DNA of 39,633 nucleotides. Origin: Anaerolineae bacterium (GTDB lineage: Bacteria > Chloroflexota > Anaerolineae > Promineifilales > Promineifilaceae). Positions 34,925-39,633 of this stretch are shown in pieces. A program made the translations under genes and the position numbers. Positions within the stretch are counted from its first letter, which is position 1. Every line of letters begins with the position of its first letter. The notes beneath the pieces were generated by a model, which had not been told where the DNA came from, ran no database searches, and was given only the letters and a program-made list of their open reading frames with translations. The stretch is taken from contig JAICPS010000001.1 in the NCBI GenBank assembly GCA_025929715.1, forward strand, positions 1 through 39,633. The letters are read 5' to 3'.

Positions 34925-35731
34925 TCAGGCGGTTAACAGAGTGCCTGCCGGTTCTGCGGGGTCAAGCAACACACGACGCAGCCGGCCGGGTTCCAGACCG
35001 GAAAAAATACGGATGGAGAGGCCCTGTCTCTCCTGGAGCAAAGCCAGCATCCCGCGCACCTTGCTATCCATACCACCGGTGACATCGGTGCCTTCCGATC
35101 TTCCCAGCGCATCGCTGACAACGTCAAAATTGGCCGGCGAAATCCGCGATATGACCTCACCTCTTCCATCAAACACGCCTGGTGTATTACCGGCCAAAAG
35201 CAACCACTTCGGCTCAAGCTCCATCGCCAGAAAGCTAAAGACGTCTTCTGTCGAAATGATCGTGCCGCCGCGCACACGATCAAACGCTACATCGCCGTAT
35301 ACTAAAGGCGTCAGTCCCACATCCAGCGCCGACTTGATCGGTGTTGTGGACATCTCCATGAGGCGCCCGTCGCTGCACACTGCAGACGCCGACGGTTGAA
35401 TGCTGACGACCGGAACGCCTGCCTCCAGCAGCGCCCCGCAGACCAGTCGATTGAGACGCGTCGCGGCTGCGCTTACTTCACAGAAGCCCATCCACTGCTC
35501 GGCAGTGACGACCCCATCTCGCGTCTGATGTCTGGCTGCGGCAACGTGCCCGAACGACCCGCTGCCATGGCCGAGCACCAGGCGTAAATCAGGCCGCGCC
35601 GCGCGCGCGATGGCGATTTCTTCTGCCAGCCTGGTGAGCACGTTGTCGCGCACAGATTCGACTGCTGTCTTATCTGTAATCAACGAACCGCCCAGTTTCA
35701 GAAATAGAAGGTCCTGCTTTGTTATTGCCAT
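34925..35731 (-). CDS. Isopentenyl phosphate kinase (amino acid kinase fold)
   Basis: LFLKLGGSLITDKT and LVLGHGSGSFGH match the KLGGS.ITDK / HGGGSFGH signatures of IPK. The size (268 aa) is also typical. Confidence 0.75.
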   Translation of the reverse strand: MAITKQDLLFLKLGGSLITDKTAVESVRDNVLTRLAEEIAIARAARPDLRLVLGHGSGSFGHVAAARHQTRDGVVTAEQWMGFCEVSAAATRLNRLVCGALLEAGVPVVSIQPSASAVCSDGRLMEMSTTPIKSALDVGLTPLVYGDVAFDRVRGGTIISTEDVFSFLAMELEPKWLLLAGNTPGVFDGRGEVISRISPANFDVVSDALGRSEGTDVTGGMDSKVRGMLALLQERQGLSIRIFSGLEPGRLRRVLLDPAEPAGTLLTA

Positions 35732-35739
35732 TCTCCTAA

Positions 35740-36675
35740 TTAGCTCGCCAGACCTCGAACGTTATCTACGGTGACAGCATGGCGCACACCATTGCGTATC
35801 GCTTCGGCGACGACATCAACCGCGATATTAGCCACGACGTCAAATGGAACGTGTCCGATCTTCGCCGTCGCCAGCGCAAAGGTGGTGTCCCCGTCATGCG
35901 TTGTGTGTGCCGGCCGAATAGCAACTGCCAACGCATCGTGCGCGCGCTGGGCAAGGCGATTCGCGGCGATTTTGTCGAGCGGTGCGTTCGTGGCGACAAC
36001 AACAAGCGTTGTATTTGTGCCCAGATTGGCCGGCGGCCGTTCAGGAAAACGTCGATAGCGGTCGCTTTGAGAGATCCACATGCCATCTTTCGAGCGGGCG
36101 CCGGCCAACACCGAGCCGTCGTCATTGACCACGTCACCCACACTATTGACGACTGCGGCGGCGCAGACCTCAAGTTCGGCAACTTCAACGCTCGCCATGC
36201 CGAAGCCACCCTTCATTGACGTCTCGAATCCGGCCCACTTTCCAACCGTCACGCCGGCTCCAACGCCGACGTTACCCTGCGCAACGTCGTTGGCCGAAGC
36301 GTTCTCACAGGCCGCATAGCCCATTTCGGCATTGGGCGTAAAGTTGCCCCGGCTAAAGAACAGGTCATAGACAATCGCCGCAGGCACAATTGGAATCGGC
36401 CGGATTGGCGTGTAATGACCAATACCCCTTTCTGCCAGAAAGCGCATAACGCCATCGGCCGCCGCCAGCCCAAAAGCGCTGCCGCCGCTGAGCATCACGG
36501 CGTTCACATACTTGATCGGCTTATCGACGGCTAACAGTGCGGTTTCACGACTGCCTGGCGCGGGACCACGGATATCAATACCGCCAATCGTGCCCTCTGG
36601 GCAGAGAAAAACGGTGCAGCCGGTATGGTATTCGTGGCTGGTAGCGTGGCCGATGCTGATGTCACAGAATGTCAT
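35740..36675 (-). CDS. P1/S58 (DmpA/BapA-type) Ntn-hydrolase aminopeptidase family protein
   Basis: IGHATSHEYHTGCTVFLCPEGTIGGIDIRGPAPGSRET, MLSGGSAFGL and the self-processing region LGTNTTLVVVATNAPL are characteristic of the family. Confidence 0.85.
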   Translation of the reverse strand: MTFCDISIGHATSHEYHTGCTVFLCPEGTIGGIDIRGPAPGSRETALLAVDKPIKYVNAVMLSGGSAFGLAAADGVMRFLAERGIGHYTPIRPIPIVPAAIVYDLFFSRGNFTPNAEMGYAACENASANDVAQGNVGVGAGVTVGKWAGFETSMKGGFGMASVEVAELEVCAAAVVNSVGDVVNDDGSVLAGARSKDGMWISQSDRYRRFPERPPANLGTNTTLVVVATNAPLDKIAANRLAQRAHDALAVAIRPAHTTHDGDTTFALATAKIGHVPFDVVANIAVDVVAEAIRNGVRHAVTVDNVRGLAS

Positions 36676-36703
36676 GAAGAAAAAACCACCCGAGCGGGTG
36701 GTT
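36676..36703 (-). terminator. Intrinsic terminator after tRNA-Arg, abutting the peptidase start codon
   Basis: Minus-strand RNA: AACCACCC-GCUC-GGGUGGUU then UUUUCUUC, then AUG (36675-36673). The 8-bp stem is GC-rich and is followed by 6 contiguous U. Confidence 0.6.
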
Positions 36704-36712
36704 CATTAAAAG

Positions 36713-36785
36713 CGCGCCCGAGAGGGCTCGAACCCCTAACCTTCTGATTCGAAGTCAGACGCTCTATCCATTGAGCTACGGGCGC
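36713..36785 (-). tRNA. tRNA-Arg (anticodon UCG)
   Basis: Minus-strand read: GCGCCCG-TA-GCTC-AATGGATA-GAGC-G-TCTGA-CTTCGAA-TCAGA-AGGTT-AGGGG-TTCGAGC-CCTCT-CGGGCGC-G. The 7-bp acceptor stem is perfect and the anticodon loop is CU-UCG-AA. No CCA is encoded. Confidence 0.9.
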
Positions 36786-36790
36786 AATCA

Positions 36791-36820
36791 TACAAAAAGG
36801 CTGATGCAGTCTCATCAGCC
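36791..36820 (-). terminator. Terminator-like hairpin between tRNA-His and tRNA-Arg
   Basis: Minus-strand RNA: GGCUGAUG-AGACUG-CAUCAGCC then UUUUUGUA. tRNA-Arg begins only 13 nt after the stem. Confidence 0.5.
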
Positions 36821-36825
36821 TGAAG

Positions 36826-36899
36826 GGCGAGTAGTGGGATTCGAACCCACGATCTTCTGGGCCACAACCAGACGTGTTAACCTCTACACTATAACCGCC
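36826..36899 (-). tRNA. tRNA-His (anticodon GUG) with encoded G-1
   Basis: Minus-strand read: G(-1)-GCGGTTA-TA-GTGT-AGAGGTTA-ACAC-G-TCTGG-TTGTGGC-CCAGA-AGATC-GTGGG-TTCGAAT-CCCAC-TACTCGC-C73. G-1 opposite C73 is the His identity element. The acceptor stem has one U5-C68 mismatch and one G4-U69 wobble. Confidence 0.9.
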
Positions 36900-36920
36900 A
36901 TGTGAACCTGTAATATTATC

Positions 36921-36949
36921 ATAATAAGCACATCGCGGCAAACTGGCAA
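36921..36949 (-). promoter_or_regulatory. Promoter for the tRNA-His/tRNA-Arg transcription unit (TTGCCA - 17 nt - TATTAT)
   Basis: On the minus strand, TTGCCA lies at 36949-36944 and TATTAT at 36926-36921 with an exact 17-nt spacer. The -10 ends 21 nt upstream of G-1 of tRNA-His. Confidence 0.5.
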
Positions 36950-37010
36950 GATGAGCCATAGGGAGCAAAAGCCACTGTTTTTTTGTTCGCTACGCGTCTG
37001 GCCTCGACTA

Positions 37011-37019
37011 TGTTAGAAT
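37011..37019 (+). promoter_or_regulatory. Extended -10 element TGTTAGAAT positioned for a leaderless kinase mRNA
   Basis: TG-T-TAGAAT occupies 37011-37019. The kinase ATG starts at 37026, exactly 7 nt after the -10. There is no Shine-Dalgarno sequence in between and no good -35. Confidence 0.4.
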
Positions 37020-37025
37020 CGCATC

Positions 37026-38243
37026 ATGCCAGAAAACGAAGTCATTCTCAACGGTCGCTATAAGCTCCTCGAGCGAGCGGGTAGTGGCGGTATGGCTACG
37101 GTCTATAAGGCGCAAGACCTGATGCTGCGCCGTCTCGTTGCCGTGAAGTTGCTGCACGAAAGCCTTACGGACAACGAGGAGTTTCTACAACGGTTCCAGC
37201 GCGAAGCACATGCAGCGGCAAACCTTTCGCATCCCAATATTGTAACGGTGCATGATATCGGGCAAGATGCCCATCGTCATTACATCGTGATGGAGTTCGT
37301 CAGCGGACGCACACTCAAGTCGCTAATTCGTGAGTACGTACAGCGAGAAGGCGCGCCGCTACCTGTAGCCCGCAGTTTGGAATTGGCGATACAGATTTGC
37401 GCGGGGATTGGCTATGCCCACCGCGCCGGACTGGTTCATTGTGACGTCAAACCGCAGAACGTGCTCGTGACGCGAGATGATCGCGTAAAAGTGGCGGATT
37501 TTGGTATTGCCCGCGCCATGAGCCAGGCAAGCATGCACACGGCGAGTCTCCTGTGGGGCACACCTCACTATTTCGCGCCCGAGCAGGCAGCGGGCGAAGC
37601 GGCGACGCCCGCGTCTGACGTCTATGCGATTGGCATCATCATTTTTGAAATGCTTAGCGGCCAGCTTCCGTTCGAGGCAGATACGCTGCCCGCGTTGGCC
37701 CTCATGCATTTGAATGAACCGCCACCATTACTCACCAGGCTAAATCCCGCGGTGCCCGTGCAGTTAGAACAAATCATTAACAAAGTGCTCAGCAAAGAGC
37801 CGGCCGGGCGCTATCGAACCGCGGGTCAGTTAGAGCGCATTCTGCGTAGCTACAATGACAGCAGCCGCCAAGATACGGGACCATTCTTACCAATTCACTC
37901 GGTCAAACCGAAAACTGATCTTGATTCGCAACGAACGCCAATGACCTCGGAACGGGTAACCGAGATATTTGAGCGTCCTCTCGTGCATCTCTCACGAGAG
38001 ACACAGCTAGAAGCCCTGATGTCTCAGCCAGCAACAGGCCAGGACTTAGTATTAGCCAACCAGGATACACCACAGCCGTTTCCCCGCTACCTCAACTCCT
38101 CCGCTACCGTCCGTTCTCTAGAGGGTCGCGCAGTTGGAACCACTGATTGGACGGCCGTCGCTCTCGGCCTTATAGCTGTAGGAGCTATGCTAGGATTGAT
38201 CCCTCTATGGTATTTTGTCGCTCGTGCCTGGGGCGTCTGGTAG
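37026..38243 (+). CDS. Hanks-type Ser/Thr protein kinase, C-terminally membrane anchored
   Basis: G-loop GSGGMATVYKA, VAVKLL, catalytic loop LVHCDVKPQNVL (HCD at 37437-37445), DFGIARA and GTPHYFAPEQ. A single TM helix sits at the extreme C-terminus (WTAVALGLIAVGAMLGLIPLWYFV), about 8 aa before the stop. Confidence 0.9.
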   Translation: MPENEVILNGRYKLLERAGSGGMATVYKAQDLMLRRLVAVKLLHESLTDNEEFLQRFQREAHAAANLSHPNIVTVHDIGQDAHRHYIVMEFVSGRTLKSLIREYVQREGAPLPVARSLELAIQICAGIGYAHRAGLVHCDVKPQNVLVTRDDRVKVADFGIARAMSQASMHTASLLWGTPHYFAPEQAAGEAATPASDVYAIGIIIFEMLSGQLPFEADTLPALALMHLNEPPPLLTRLNPAVPVQLEQIINKVLSKEPAGRYRTAGQLERILRSYNDSSRQDTGPFLPIHSVKPKTDLDSQRTPMTSERVTEIFERPLVHLSRETQLEALMSQPATGQDLVLANQDTPQPFPRYLNSSATVRSLEGRAVGTTDWTAVALGLIAVGAMLGLIPLWYFVARAWGVW

Positions 38244-38368
38244 TGCTCACGCCTCATTCGCCACGCCACGGCGTTTTTGCTATACTGTTTGTGTTGTAAG
38301 AGACGGTTCCGGGCAGGCACGAGCAAATGCATTGTTGCTCGCATTCCTCTGTCCCTGGAGGCTTTACA

Positions 38369-39633
38369 GTGAATTCGACAAGAGTAACTCGAGGCTTCGT
38401 CTATTTCTTAATTTTCATCGCCATCATCGCGATCTTGTGGAGCTATAACTCTGCAAGTCCGCCAGAAACAGAGCTTTCTATCAGTGAACTGGCGGCCCAA
38501 TTAAAGAATGGCGACGTCGCAGAACTACAGGTTTCCGGAGACGGGCGTGAGGCGACGGTAATTTATCGTGACAAGGAGCGTTCTGCCGGTTTAGTGCAAT
38601 TAAGTGGGAACGCCTCACTAATGGAGGAGCTTAGCTTCCTGGGCGTTACCGACCAGGCATATAGCGAGCATAACGTTAAGATCAGTAACCAGGAACCGAG
38701 TGAACTCGGCAACTGGTTGAGCCTACTCAGCATCTTTCTTCCAGCCATCATTATTATCGGTTTTATTTACTTCATCTTTCGACAAGCGCAAGGGACAAAC
38801 AACCAGGCCCTTTCATTTGGCAAGAGCCGGGCGCGCATGTTCACGGGCGATCATCCAACTGTCACTTTCGACGATGTGGCCGGAGCAGATGAGGCAAAAG
38901 AGGAATTAGAGGAGATCGTCGAGTTTCTCAAAGAGCCCGAAAAATTCGTGAATTTCGGAGCGAGAATTCCCAAAGGTGTATTGCTTGTGGGGCATCCCGG
39001 TACCGGCAAAACCCTTCTGGCAAAGGCCGTTTCCGGTGAGGCCGGCGTTCCATTCTTCTCAATCGCGGGTTCCGAATTCGTAGAAATGTTCGTCGGCGTG
39101 GGCGCCAGCCGCGTGCGCGACCTTTTCGAACAGGCCAAGCGCCACAGCCCCTGCATCATTTTTATCGACGAAATTGACGCTGTCGGCCGTCAGCGTGGCG
39201 CAGGTCTTGGTGGATCGCACGACGAACGCGAGCAGACGCTGAACCAGATCCTTGTGGAAATGGATGGCTTTGATACCGATACGCATGTCATCATTCTCGC
39301 AGCCACGAACCGGCCTGATATTCTAGATCCGGCGCTGATGCGCCCCGGCAGGTTTGATCGGCGCGTCGTAATTGACCGGCCGGACGTGCGCGGTCGCGAA
39401 GCGATTTTCCGCGTTCATATGCGGGGCAAGCCGTTGGGTCCGGACGTCAAAGTGCCCATCCTGGCGAAGGCCACACCGGGATTCGTGGGAGCCGACATCG
39501 AAAATACCGTTAACGAAGCGGCGCTGCTTGCGGCGCGTCGTAACAGAAAAAGTATAGGCATGAGCGAATTTCAGGAAGCCATCGAGCGCGTACAGTTGGG
39601 TCCCGAACGCCGCAGCCGCATCATGAGCCCACA
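38369..39633 (+). CDS. ftsH: ATP-dependent zinc metalloprotease FtsH (N-terminal ~421 aa; continues past the window end)
   Basis: Absent from the ORF track because there is no stop in the window. GTG start at 38369 with GGAGG at 38357-38361. My translation reads [24 protein letters not shown]...[28 protein letters not shown]...[19 protein letters not shown]...[15 protein letters not shown]...[20 protein letters not shown]. Confidence 0.95.
   Translation, partial: MNSTRVTRGFVYFLIFIAIIAILWSYNSASPPETELSISELAAQLKNGDVAELQVSGDGREATVIYRDKERSAGLVQLSGNASLMEELSFLGVTDQAYSEHNVKISNQEPSELGNWLSLLSIFLPAIIIIGFIYFIFRQAQGTNNQALSFGKSRARMFTGDHPTVTFDDVAGADEAKEELEEIVEFLKEPEKFVNFGARIPKGVLLVGHPGTGKTLLAKAVSGEAGVPFFSIAGSEFVEMFVGVGASRVRDLFEQAKRHSPCIIFIDEIDAVGRQRGAGLGGSHDEREQTLNQILVEMDGFDTDTHVIILAATNRPDILDPALMRPGRFDRRVVIDRPDVRGREAIFRVHMRGKPLGPDVKVPILAKATPGFVGADIENTVNEAALLAARRNRKSIGMSEFQEAIERVQLGPERRSRIMSP

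Noticed and set aside
36672-36968. 98-aa minus-strand ORF
   Set aside because: It is composed almost entirely of the tRNA-Arg and tRNA-His genes and their spacer.
38215-38448. 77-aa plus-strand ORF between the kinase and ftsH
   Set aside because: It overlaps the kinase 3' end and the ftsH 5' end in the wrong frame. The GTG at 38369 with a GGAGG gives a canonical FtsH N-terminus.
1-39633. CRISPR arrays, IS elements, rRNA, prophage genes
   Set aside because: Reading through the window I found no regularly spaced direct repeats, transposase-like ORFs, terminal inverted repeats or phage structural genes. The only repetitive DNA is the low-complexity Pro/Thr-linker coding sequence at about 9420-9560, 10900-11030, 33780-33900 and 18960-19090.

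Overview
This is a 39.6-kb, gene-dense bacterial chromosomal segment of roughly 55% GC. I call 29 CDS (two truncated by the window edges) and 3 tRNAs. I saw no rRNA, CRISPR array, transposase or integrase. Several traits suggest a Chloroflexota-like organism: Pro/Thr-rich linkers on anchored or secreted proteins, a DUF3048 lipoprotein, C39-like/TPR proteins, a bacterial isopentenyl phosphate kinase, and a DUF4388 protein next to a small GTPase. That taxonomic call is inference only. Gene order from the left: manA (partial) and glgB on the minus strand; valS; an ATPase-degenerate Lon-like protease with a tandem-USP protein; two tandem C39-like/TPR paralogs; a five-gene aldehyde dehydrogenase / split CoA-transferase / DUF885-like / class-III aminotransferase operon. 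Then on the minus strand come htrA, a GH57-like gene, tilS and tRNA-Leu. The most interesting region is about 23.15-33.6 kb. A near-consensus promoter there is followed by ten tightly packed same-strand genes: a DUF4388/wHTH protein, a CvnD/MglA-type GTPase, an alpha/beta hydrolase, a hexapeptide-repeat protein translationally coupled to a homolog of cyanobacterial acyl-ACP reductase (no deformylating oxygenase is present), a receiver protein with a degenerate GGDEF domain, a cytoplasmic 4xGAF-PAS histidine kinase, a CheY, and a second alpha/beta hydrolase whose nucleophile Ser is Gly. I know of no described system with this composition. The right end holds a DUF3048 lipoprotein, isopentenyl phosphate kinase with a DmpA-type peptidase, a tRNA-His/tRNA-Arg pair with embedded terminator-like hairpins, an apparently leaderless non-RD Ser/Thr kinase, and ftsH (partial). 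All family assignments come from motif recognition by eye. No database search was run.
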